Assembly (NCBI GenBank): GCA_035695405.1
Contig: DASSED010000157.1
Location: 28,407-92,406, forward strand
Direction: 5' to 3'
Length of the DNA stretch: 64,000 bases
Source of the DNA: Gemmatimonadales bacterium
Lineage (GTDB): Bacteria; Gemmatimonadota; Gemmatimonadetes; Gemmatimonadales; GWC2-71-9
Positions 55,691-64,000 of the stretch are shown one piece after another (position 1 is the stretch's first letter; every line of letters starts with the position of its first letter). The notes beneath the pieces are model-generated. The model was not told the DNA's origin and searched no databases. It saw nothing but the letters and a program-made list of their open reading frames with translations. A program made the position numbers and the translations under genes.

Positions 55691-56485
55691 ATGCCCCTCG
55701 ACACCACCGACGCCCGGCTCGTGACCGATCAGATCGAGATCCTTCGAGCCCCCCGGGTCACCCTTATCGCGCGGCCCCAGTTCCTTGAACCGGAGCATCT
55801 CCGGATCCAATGGAAGGGTGACTCGAGCGACGGGGAGCGGATCGCGGAGTTCGCCGGCCGGCTCTGCTACATGAGCCAGCATAACCCGGCGGGCCGGAGC
55901 ACCGCGGAGTATCTCCGGAACATCCTCCGGCAGGGGCACGGCTCGGTCTTCGAGCATTCCACCTATGTGATGCTCATCGAGGGGATCTCGCGCTCGTGCA
56001 GCCATGAGCTGGTTCGTCATCGCGCGGGATGGGGCTACTCCCAGCTCTCGCAGCGGTACGTGGACGAGTCTCACGCCGCCTTCGTCATGCCCCCGGCGAT
56101 CATGGGAGACCCGGCGCTCGAGGCGGACTGGATTCGTCAGGTCGAGTCGGCGCAGGCGGCCTACGTCGCGGCGGTCGAGCGGCTCATGGCCCGCTACGAG
56201 TGGGTGGAGGACAAGGTGCACCGCCGCAAGATGGCCCGCGAGGCCGCCCGGAGCGTCTTGCCCAACGCCACCGAGGTGAAGATCGTCGCCAGCGCGAACG
56301 TGCGGGCGTGGCGAACCATGCTGGAGCTCCGATTAGGCGAAGGGGCCGAGCTGGAGATTCGGCGGATGGCGGTGGCCTGCCTCCGCGTGCTCCAGGAAGA
56401 AGCGCCGGCGCTCTTCGCGGACTTCGAGATCTATCAGTCGAGCGAGGGAGGAGAAGCAGGACGTGTCGGGTTTCATAAGGTGTGA
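55691..56485 (+). CDS. thyX: FAD-dependent thymidylate synthase
   Basis: ATG 55691. ThyX signature ELVRHRAGWGYSQLSQRY (RHRxxSxxxxSxR). The track start at 55511 lies inside the upstream gene. Confidence 0.9.
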   Translation: MPLDTTDARLVTDQIEILRAPRVTLIARPQFLEPEHLRIQWKGDSSDGERIAEFAGRLCYMSQHNPAGRSTAEYLRNILRQGHGSVFEHSTYVMLIEGISRSCSHELVRHRAGWGYSQLSQRYVDESHAAFVMPPAIMGDPALEADWIRQVESAQAAYVAAVERLMARYEWVEDKVHRRKMAREAARSVLPNATEVKIVASANVRAWRTMLELRLGEGAELEIRRMAVACLRVLQEEAPALFADFEIYQSSEGGEAGRVGFHKV

Positions 56486-56490
56486 ACGGC

Positions 56491-56532
56491 GGTGAGTGGT
56501 GAGTGGGGGAAATTCGCTTCGCGAATTTCCCC
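56491..56532 (+). terminator. GGTGAGT x2 heptads followed by a perfect 12-bp hairpin (terminator-like, no U-tract)
   Basis: GGTGAGT GGTGAGT (56491-56504), then GGGGAAATTCGC-TTC-GCGAATTTCCCC (56506-56532), followed by AAAAA rather than T residues. Confidence 0.4.
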
Positions 56533-56639
56533 AAAAACTATTGTGCCCCCTAAAACTTTTTCTTACTTTAGTTACGTCGATTCGCATGCACTCGTCCTGG
56601 CTCGTCTCTCGCGGACGGCCTTTTTTGTAGAGGGCTCAT

Positions 56640-57743
56640 TTGGCAGTTCGGATCGGACTGGCCTTTAATCTCAAACCCGAGGCGCCGGCTAAGCCAGCCG
56701 GGGCGAAATCTGAATCCCCTTCGTCCGACGAGCCTCCCAGTCGGGCTCTCCGACCAGACCTCCATCAACCCGATCTCTACGCTGAATGGGATGAGCCCGC
56801 CACGATCGACGCGGTGGAGCGGGCGCTCAGCACCGTAGGCCAGGTCTATCGGCTCGAGGCCAACGGCAGCTTTCCCGCTCGGCTGGCGCTGCTCCGGCCC
56901 GACTTCGTCTTCAACATCGCGGAAGGCCTCTACGGCGCGAGCCGCGAGGCCCACGTCCCCGCCATCTGCGAGTTTCTCGGCGTTCCGTATCACGCCTCGG
57001 ACCCGCTTACCTGCGCCATCGCGCTGCACAAGGGACGGGCCAAGGAGATCCTCTCCTATCGGGGAGTGCCCACGGCGCCGTTCATCGTGGCCCACTCACC
57101 GGCCGATGCACGACGAGTCAAGCTGCCCTTCCCGCTCTTCGTCAAACCGGCGTACGAAGGATCGGGCAAGGGGATCACCACCCGGAGCGTCTGCCGCAAC
57201 CGGGTTCAACTGGTCAAGCAGGTCTCTCATCTGCTCGCCACGTACTCCGAGCCGGTGCTGATCGAGACCTATCTGCCGGGCGACGAGTTCACCGTGGCCA
57301 TCCTCGGCAACGGTGACGAAGCTCGCTGTTTGCCCATTATCGGCATGCGATTTGATACGCTGCCCCGCGGTGCGCCGCCCATCTATGGGTATGAGGCCAA
57401 GTGGATCTGGGATACGCCGGAGAATCCTCTCGAGATCTACGAGTGCCCTGCCGCCATCCCCGAAGGACTCGCGAGGGAGATTCGGGATGCGGCGCTGGCT
57501 GCCTATCACGCCTTGGAATGCCGCGACTGGTGCCGCGTCGACGTCCGCTGTGACGCCGCCGGTCGTCCGATGGTTGTCGAGCTCAATCCGCTGCCGGGCA
57601 TTTTGCCCGACCCGCGAGATCATTCCTGTTTTCCCAAGGCCGCGGCCGCGGCCGGAATGAGCTACGACGATCTCATCCGCGCCGTCGCCGATGTGGCCTG
57701 GCAGCGGATCAGCGGCCGTTCACTCCTGGCGGAGGTAGCCTGA
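56640..57743 (+). CDS. ATP-grasp ligase, D-alanine--D-alanine ligase family-like (substrate unknown)
   Basis: TTG start with GAGGG RBS. The Ddl-like layout (..FNIAEGLYGASREAHVPAICEFLGVPYHASD.., PLFVKPAYEGSGKGI, LIETYLPGDEFTV, VELNPLPG) carries an extra Pro/Ser-rich insertion near the N-terminus. Confidence 0.8.
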   Translation: MAVRIGLAFNLKPEAPAKPAGAKSESPSSDEPPSRALRPDLHQPDLYAEWDEPATIDAVERALSTVGQVYRLEANGSFPARLALLRPDFVFNIAEGLYGASREAHVPAICEFLGVPYHASDPLTCAIALHKGRAKEILSYRGVPTAPFIVAHSPADARRVKLPFPLFVKPAYEGSGKGITTRSVCRNRVQLVKQVSHLLATYSEPVLIETYLPGDEFTVAILGNGDEARCLPIIGMRFDTLPRGAPPIYGYEAKWIWDTPENPLEIYECPAAIPEGLAREIRDAALAAYHALECRDWCRVDVRCDAAGRPMVVELNPLPGILPDPRDHSCFPKAAAAAGMSYDDLIRAVADVAWQRISGRSLLAEVA

Positions 57744-58753
57744 TGAAAGTCGCCATCCTCTTCGACGCGGGCAGCGAAGAGTGGAGCCCTCAGGACGTCG
57801 CCGCAGTCGTGGCCAACGTCCATGAAGTGCGTGATGTACTCCGGCGTCGGGGGCACGAGGTTGAGCTCCTGCCGGTCCGGCAAGGAGACTTTCGCTGGCT
57901 CTCCCGGGCCCGCCGGGCCGATCTGGTCTTCAATCTCTGTGAGGGGATCAACGGCCACGCCCGCTTCGAAGACCTCGTGGTCGGTACCCTGGAGCTCACC
58001 GGCGTGCCCTTCACTGGATGCCGTACCTGGCCCACCAGCATCTGCCATCGCAAGCACGTCGCCAATACTCTGCTCTCCTCCGCCGGCGTGCCGGTCCCGG
58101 CGTTTACTCTGGCGCAGGCCAACAAGAGTCCGGCGGAGTTCCCTCTGCCGGCCATCGTCAAGCCTGCTGCGGAGGATGCGAGCGTCGGGATCGACAATGG
58201 CGCCGTCTGCACCAGCAAGCGGGCGCTGAAGCGCCGGGTGGCGCAGATGCTGGAGCAGTTCGAGGAAGTTCTGGTGCAGGAATACGTGCCCGGCCGGGAA
58301 TTCAACGTGGGCTTCATCGGCAAGCGAATGCTTCCCATAGCGGAGATCCGCTTCGAGGACCTGCCCCAGGGAACCTGGCCCATCGTGAGCTACGCGGCCA
58401 AGTGGATCCCGGGAAGCCCGGAGGACGAAGGCACCATCCCCGTGTGCCCGGCCGAGCTGCCGCCCGAGCTATACCAGCGAATCACCGAGGTCGCCCGGAA
58501 GGCGTGGGAGCACATGTGCGGCTTCGAAGGCTATGGCCGGGTGGATATGCGCCTCAACGAGGACGGCCAGCCGTACGTACTCGAGGTGAACCCCACGCCT
58601 GATCTCTCCAGCAACGCCGGGCTCGCCCGCATGGGCCGGGCATTCGGCTGGAACTACGACGAGCTGGTCATGCAAATCGTCGACGAGGCCCTGATGCGGT
58701 CCCAGAGCCATACTGCCGCCGACGCCCTGGTCAGCGGGGTGTCCGCCGCGTGA
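57743..58753 (+). CDS. Second ATP-grasp ligase, Ddl family-like (paralogue of the previous gene)
   Basis: TGATG 1-nt overlap with the upstream stop. MKVAILFD.., FNLCEGINGHARFEDLVVGTLELTGVPFTG, PAIVKPAAEDASVGI, VQEYVPGREFNV, LEVNPTPD. Confidence 0.8.
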   Translation: MKVAILFDAGSEEWSPQDVAAVVANVHEVRDVLRRRGHEVELLPVRQGDFRWLSRARRADLVFNLCEGINGHARFEDLVVGTLELTGVPFTGCRTWPTSICHRKHVANTLLSSAGVPVPAFTLAQANKSPAEFPLPAIVKPAAEDASVGIDNGAVCTSKRALKRRVAQMLEQFEEVLVQEYVPGREFNVGFIGKRMLPIAEIRFEDLPQGTWPIVSYAAKWIPGSPEDEGTIPVCPAELPPELYQRITEVARKAWEHMCGFEGYGRVDMRLNEDGQPYVLEVNPTPDLSSNAGLARMGRAFGWNYDELVMQIVDEALMRSQSHTAADALVSGVSAA

Positions 58754-59238
58754 GCGGCACGCTGATAACCGTCCGTCTCCGTCCCCTCAGCAGAGCCGAC
58801 CGGCCCCGCATCGAGGAAATCACTCGTGCCGTGGGTCGGTTTCGCGACGATGAAGTGCTCGTTGCGCTCGAGGTCTTCGACGCCGCTGCCGGTGGAGATC
58901 GGTCCTACACCACGCTCGGCGCCGAGCTCGGCGGCCGCCTGGTCGGCTGGATCTGTTGGGGTCCCACACCCTGCACCCTGGGCACTTTCGACCTCTACTG
59001 GATGGCTGTAGCGCCTGAGCTCCAGGGGGGCGGGATCGGTACCGCGCTGGTGGACGAGATGGAGCGGCGGCTCGCTGGAGCCGCGCGGCTCATCGTGGTA
59101 GAGACCGCGGGACGGGCGGTCTACGCCTCTACCAGGGCGTTCTATCAGGCGCGGGGATATCACCCAGTGGCGCTGATCCCCGAGTTCTACGGCCCGGGCG
59201 ATGATCAGGTCGTGTTTGTAAAGGAGATAGGGCGGTAA
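58750..59238 (+). CDS. GNAT-family N-acetyltransferase
   Basis: GTGA overlap with the upstream stop. Acetyl-CoA motif LYWMAVAPELQGGGIGTALVDEM. Confidence 0.8.
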   Translation: MSGTLITVRLRPLSRADRPRIEEITRAVGRFRDDEVLVALEVFDAAAGGDRSYTTLGAELGGRLVGWICWGPTPCTLGTFDLYWMAVAPELQGGGIGTALVDEMERRLAGAARLIVVETAGRAVYASTRAFYQARGYHPVALIPEFYGPGDDQVVFVKEIGR

Positions 59239-59276
59239 GGCGGTACGGCGGTACGGCGGTAGGAGTACCTACCGCC
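59231..59276. repeat. Tandem octamers GGCGGTAA GGCGGTAC GGCGGTAC GGCGGTAG, the last forming the hairpin GGCGGTAGG-AGTA-CCTACCGCC
   Basis: Read directly. It overlaps the GNAT stop codon and lies 20 nt upstream of the kamA ATG. Confidence 0.6.
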
Positions 59277-59295
59277 CGCAATCCTGGAGGCTGTG

Positions 59296-60417
59296 ATGGC
59301 GGAAACTTGGCAAGAGGTTCTCAAGAAAAATTCGATCGCCTCGCTGGAGGCGCTGGCCAGTAAGTTTGGTCCCGAGAACTTTCCCGAGCTCGACCGGCTG
59401 CGGCTCGCGGCCGAGAACTTCGAGTTCCGGATCTCGCCGGCCATGGTGGACCTCATCAAGTCTCCCAACGACCCGATCTGGCGGCAGTACGTGCCATCGG
59501 TGGAAGAGTTGGACGTGGTCGACGGGATCGTGGACTCGCTCAACGAAGATGCCGACAGCCCGGTACCGAACATCACCCATCGCTACCCCGACCGGGCCCT
59601 TTTTCTGGTCTCTCCGGTCTGCGCCACCTACTGCCGCTTCTGTACCCGCCGCCGGAAGGTGGGTGACCCCGAGAAGATCCCGATGTCGCAATTCGAGAGC
59701 GCCTTCCGCTATCTCGAGGAGCATACCGAGATCCGTGACGTCATCATGTCCGGAGGAGACCCCTTGCTCCTCAATGATCGCCGGCTCGAGGCCATCCTCA
59801 CCCGCCTCCGAGCCATCCCCCACCTCCAGATCATTCGGATCGGAAGCCGGATCCCCTGTCACCTGCCGGAGCGGATCACCCCTGAGCTCTGTGCCACACT
59901 CCAGCGGTTCCATCCGCTCTTTATCAACACCCACTTCAATCACCCCGACGAGCTGACCCCGGCGGCGGTCGCCGCACTCGGACGGCTGGCGGATGCCGGC
60001 ATTCCGCTGGGCTGCCAAACGGTCCTGCTCAAAGGCGTGAACGATACCCCGGAGGTGATGACCGAGCTGATGCAGCGGCTGCTGATGGCCCGGGTTCGCC
60101 CTTACTACATCTATATGGCGGACCAGGTCGCCGGGGCTGAGCACTTCCGCACCTCGGTACAGACCGGAATCGAGATCATGCGGGCGTTACGGGGATGGAC
60201 CAGCGGCCTCGCGGTCCCTTATTTCGTCATCGACGCGCCGGGGGGCGGAGGCAAGATTCCGATCTTGCCGGAGTACGTCGAAAGCATGAACGAGGACGAG
60301 GTGGTGCTGAGGAACTTCCGGGGGGAGCGCTACGTCTACCGGCAGCCCAGGGAAGAGGCAGGGGTCATCGAGCTGAAGCAGGAGCGGAAGCGCGCGGTCC
60401 GGCGCCGCTCGGCATAG
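59296..60417 (+). CDS. kamA: Lysine 2,3-aminomutase (KamA-family radical SAM / PLP enzyme)
   Basis: CATYCRFCTRRR radical-SAM cluster motif, SGGDPLLL, RIGSR, NTHFNHP, and LLKGVND are typical of KamA/AblA. Confidence 0.9.
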   Translation: MAETWQEVLKKNSIASLEALASKFGPENFPELDRLRLAAENFEFRISPAMVDLIKSPNDPIWRQYVPSVEELDVVDGIVDSLNEDADSPVPNITHRYPDRALFLVSPVCATYCRFCTRRRKVGDPEKIPMSQFESAFRYLEEHTEIRDVIMSGGDPLLLNDRRLEAILTRLRAIPHLQIIRIGSRIPCHLPERITPELCATLQRFHPLFINTHFNHPDELTPAAVAALGRLADAGIPLGCQTVLLKGVNDTPEVMTELMQRLLMARVRPYYIYMADQVAGAEHFRTSVQTGIEIMRALRGWTSGLAVPYFVIDAPGGGGKIPILPEYVESMNEDEVVLRNFRGERYVYRQPREEAGVIELKQERKRAVRRRSA

Positions 60418-62020
60418 GCGCCCTCATGGCGGCCCCTTCATTCACTCGCCATTCCGGCAATCCGCTGATCCATGAGTACGGGTCGATCTTTACGTTATCC
60501 AACCGTCGCTGGACCGCTGCCACGTTGACCAAAGAGTAAAGAAAAACCGCCGGCACATCGGCGTTGAGCGTATCCATGGCCTCGTGCCAGAGGCGCTTGG
60601 CGCTGCCGAGGTCCTCCTCCTTGGTGGCCGCTCGCACCAGTGAGTCGAAGGCGGCGCTCCCATAGTGCCCGTAGTTGGTGACTGACCAGCCCGCCCGGGT
60701 CCACTGTTCGTTCAGCCCCCGCGGACTCGGCTCGTCCAGATACGCCCCGATGTAGCTGTCGAATTTCCCCTTGGCGAGCCGCTCCTGGAAGACGGGGAAC
60801 TCGACAGTCGTTACCGTCGACTTCATCCCCACCCTTCTCCACGCCTCCTGTATCGCCAGAGCCAGCTGTCGGCGGGTACCGCTCGTTGCTGGAACCAGAA
60901 TGTCGATAGTTGCCGTCTGGCTAGGCCCCGAGAGCCGGTTCACCACCGCTTTCCCTTGCACCGAATCGAAGGACGTAGGTCTGATCCCATCATCCCAAAT
61001 CCAGAGAAGCTGGGACATCGGGCCCGGCGGCGCCTTGGTCCCCGCCCCGAATACCGCCTGGGCAATCGCCGGGCGGTCGATGGCCTGGGCCAATGCGCGC
61101 CGCAGGTCTCGATTCCCCAGCAGGGGATCTGGCCGTCCGCCCGCATCGGCCACTCGGAATGCCAGGAAGCCATAGACCGCAGCCGGGTACCTCATCAGCC
61201 GGAAGTTCGTGTCTGCCGCCACTCGCTGTACCCGGTTCGGCGCCCCGACGGTCTCCATCAGATCGGCTTCGTGACTCAGCAGCAGGTTGAGGGCGGCATC
61301 GGGATCGGAAGCGAAGCGCCAGATGGCCCGGCGAATGGCCGGCATCTTCTTCGCGTCGGACTCGATCGTGTCGGCCACCAGCGTCAGGAAACTGCCGCGC
61401 TGCCAGCCCGCGAGGTGATAGGGTCCGCTTCCCACCAGATGCGCCAGGTTGGTATCCGCAGCCCAACGCTCACGCGGAATCGTGTCCCAGATATGCCGAG
61501 GGAGCACTCTCACGTGATAGGTGGCATCGTACAGCTGTTCCGGTGACGGCTGGGTAAACACCACTCGCACCGTGTTGGAGTCCTCCGCCGTCGCGCGGAC
61601 TTTACCCTCCAGATAGCTCCGTGCCGGCGAGTCCAGGGTAGAGTCGGTAAAGACCTGAAACGAGAAGACCACGTCCTCGGCGGTCAGGGGTTTCCCGTCC
61701 TGCCACCGGGTGCCCGGCCGAAGGTGAAACCGCCAGGTCAGTGAGTCCACCCTCTCCCACCGGTCAGCCAGCCCGGGACGGAACGCACGCTGATCGATGG
61801 GCGAGCCGTGGGGCTCGAGATAGGCCAGGCGCGAGTAGATCTGATCGCTGATGTCTCTCGCAACCGTTTCCACCACGAGGGGTGGTATCAGGCTGCTGGG
61901 CTCACCGGTGGCGGCCACTACCACGGTGCAGTCGGCGCAGCCGCGCGGACGCTCCCCTCCGCATCCGACCAGGGAGATTCCAAGTACAACCACCAGCCAG
62001 CGACCCGAGGATCCAACCAT
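60365..62020 (-). CDS. ABC transporter substrate-binding lipoprotein, family 5 (peptide/nickel/opine type)
   Basis: Lipobox ISLVGCGG and family-5 layout (..RWQDGKPLTAEDVVFSF.., ..PGPMSQLLW..). Its last 53 nt overlap the 3-prime end of kamA. Confidence 0.85.
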   Translation of the reverse strand: MVGSSGRWLVVVLGISLVGCGGERPRGCADCTVVVAATGEPSSLIPPLVVETVARDISDQIYSRLAYLEPHGSPIDQRAFRPGLADRWERVDSLTWRFHLRPGTRWQDGKPLTAEDVVFSFQVFTDSTLDSPARSYLEGKVRATAEDSNTVRVVFTQPSPEQLYDATYHVRVLPRHIWDTIPRERWAADTNLAHLVGSGPYHLAGWQRGSFLTLVADTIESDAKKMPAIRRAIWRFASDPDAALNLLLSHEADLMETVGAPNRVQRVAADTNFRLMRYPAAVYGFLAFRVADAGGRPDPLLGNRDLRRALAQAIDRPAIAQAVFGAGTKAPPGPMSQLLWIWDDGIRPTSFDSVQGKAVVNRLSGPSQTATIDILVPATSGTRRQLALAIQEAWRRVGMKSTVTTVEFPVFQERLAKGKFDSYIGAYLDEPSPRGLNEQWTRAGWSVTNYGHYGSAAFDSLVRAATKEEDLGSAKRLWHEAMDTLNADVPAVFLYSLVNVAAVQRRLDNVKIDPYSWISGLPEWRVNEGAAMRAPMPSGAGPRASAPASAR

Positions 62021-62243
62021 GGCGTGCCTACCTATAAATGAAGAGCGGGGCCATATCGGGGGATCGTGACCTATTATCGGCTATCTCGGCAGCTAACGAC
62101 GCTTCCGGTTGGGGCCTCCAGCCAGCCGTCGTTTGTATCGCGCCGTGACAGGCTGCATCGAAATATTGCAAAGCCAGGCTGGGAGTTCCATGGCGTCTGA
62201 GTGTAAGTTATTACCTTACAAGCTCTTCTAAAAAACTACTGAA

Positions 62244-62260
62244 AGGCACACCGGTTGCCT
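62244..62260 (+). promoter_or_regulatory. Sigma-54 (-24/-12) promoter candidate
   Basis: AGGCAC-ACCGG-TTGCC has GG at 62245-62246 and GC at 62257-62258, the exact GG-N10-GC spacing of TGGCAC-N5-TTGC. It lies about 40 nt upstream of ATG 62300, which has an AAGGAG RBS. A sigma-54 activator gene follows downstream. Confidence 0.5.
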
Positions 62261-62299
62261 TGGGAGAGGCCGTTCCCCGACCCCTCACAAGGAGACCCT

Positions 62300-63079
62300 A
62301 TGCGTGGTCCGTTGAGTCGCGCCGTCAGCCTGACCCTCGCCTGTGTCGTCGCCGGCGGATGCAGCGATGCCGGTCCGTCCACCTCGAGCCAGGTGAGCTT
62401 CAATGTTGCGACACTGCCGGCCCCTGCGGCCATTTCGGGCACGGCCTTCGTAGTGAACGGCACGCCGGAGACGTTCATGGACGGCACCGGCAACACCCTG
62501 GTCATCAACAAGGTCGAGCTGGTGTTGCGCGAGATCGAGCTGCATCGCACCGGCGCAGTTGCGGAATGTGCCGGCGGCGGCGTCAGCGATGACTGCGAGG
62601 AGCTGGAGATCGGTCCCCTGTTGGTGGACGTCCCGCTGGGGACGCCGGGCGCGGCGCGGAGCTTCAGCGTCGAGCTGGCTCCTGGCTCCTATGACAAGGT
62701 CGAGTTCCAGATCCACAAAGCGTCTCCCTCGGATGATGGCAGCTTCGTGCAGGCCAATCCCGATCTGGCGGACGCCAGCGTTCGGGTGACCGGTACCTAC
62801 AACGGTACGGACTTCACCTACATCGGCCGCTTTGACGCCGAAGAGGAGTTCGGGCTGAATCCGCCGCTCGTCGCCAATGAGACCGGCGCCACCGATCTCA
62901 CGCTGTTCCTGGATCTGGACAAGTGGTTCCGGGATCAGTCCAGCTCCCTGGTGGATCCCAACACCGCCAACACGGGCCAGCCGAATGAGGGGCTCGTGGA
63001 GCAGAACATCAAGAGCGCCCTGGACACGTTCGAGGACGAAAACCACGATGGCCGTGACGATGGCCCTGACCATCAGTAG
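62300..63079 (+). CDS. Hypothetical lipoprotein (possibly DUF4382-like)
   Basis: ATG 62300 gives [21 protein letters not shown]. Beta-rich body. The minus-strand ORF 62285..63073 is an antisense shadow. Confidence 0.6.
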   Translation: MRGPLSRAVSLTLACVVAGGCSDAGPSTSSQVSFNVATLPAPAAISGTAFVVNGTPETFMDGTGNTLVINKVELVLREIELHRTGAVAECAGGGVSDDCEELEIGPLLVDVPLGTPGAARSFSVELAPGSYDKVEFQIHKASPSDDGSFVQANPDLADASVRVTGTYNGTDFTYIGRFDAEEEFGLNPPLVANETGATDLTLFLDLDKWFRDQSSSLVDPNTANTGQPNEGLVEQNIKSALDTFEDENHDGRDDGPDHQ

Positions 63080-63093
63080 GGGCGGAGTTGGGG

Positions 63094-64000
<907 letters not shown>

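Overview
High-GC, densely coded bacterial chromosomal segment: about 58 protein genes on both strands, many joined by 1-4 nt start/stop overlaps. I recognise no rRNA, tRNA, CRISPR array, transposase, integrase or prophage, so most of it reads as ordinary core or shell chromosome. My impression, which I cannot verify here, is a soil Gemmatimonadota- or Acidobacteriota-like organism, based on ThyX, ECF-sigma/HEAT operons, a DUF5916-like protein, PD40/Big_2 proteins and GTCATCCTGAGCG-type intergenic repeats. Content from left to right:

- 1-8587: a polyamine/GABA-type catabolic neighbourhood (gabT cut by the window edge, PotFABC-like ABC importer, saccharopine-dehydrogenase-family enzyme, aldehyde dehydrogenase).
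- 8689-17820: DUF885 protein, NarL-type two-component pair, hemH and hemA, hsp20, a lipoprotein and a ChaN/Tiki-like protein.
- 17899-23957: a minus-strand array of gyrA, threonine dehydratase, REC-GAF-GGDEF regulator and Ser/Thr kinase.
- 24148-33716: a coiled-coil protein, an ECF sigma / anti-sigma / two HEAT-repeat protein operon, a DUF5916-like protein and two paralogous lipoproteins.
- 33726-40290: a TM-helix-repeat protein, an MDR dehydrogenase, a Big_2/PD40 protein, a serine/arginine/lysine-rich polycationic protein and a GH15 hydrolase.
- 40289-44999: a co-directional array containing selD and rnhA.
- 45011-56485: an outer-membrane barrel, di-haem peroxidase, thiolase, an SPFH protein with an unknown partner, hbd, DUF2231, a DUF116-like protein, an FAD oxidase and thyX.
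- 56640-64000: a four-gene cluster of two Ddl-like ATP-grasp ligases, a GNAT and lysine 2,3-aminomutase, then a family-5 substrate-binding protein and a sigma-54 promoter / lipoprotein / NtrC-like activator module cut by the right edge.

Five points deserve a second look:

1. selD is a selenoprotein gene. An in-frame TGA sits at the catalytic Cys position, and the ORF track truncated the gene there.
2. The ATP-grasp x2 + GNAT + kamA cluster is a candidate beta-lysine-derived product pathway for which I know no described function.
3. An SR/K-rich polycationic protein gene contains a 30-nt internal duplication.
4. Several families of short-period (7-9 nt) tandem or inverted repeats sit at gene 3-prime ends. 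Some supply terminal coding sequence.
5. Two real genes at the window edges are absent from the ORF track, and several track ORFs carry false N-terminal extensions or are antisense shadows.

All family calls come from reading motifs by eye. No database search or folding computation was run.
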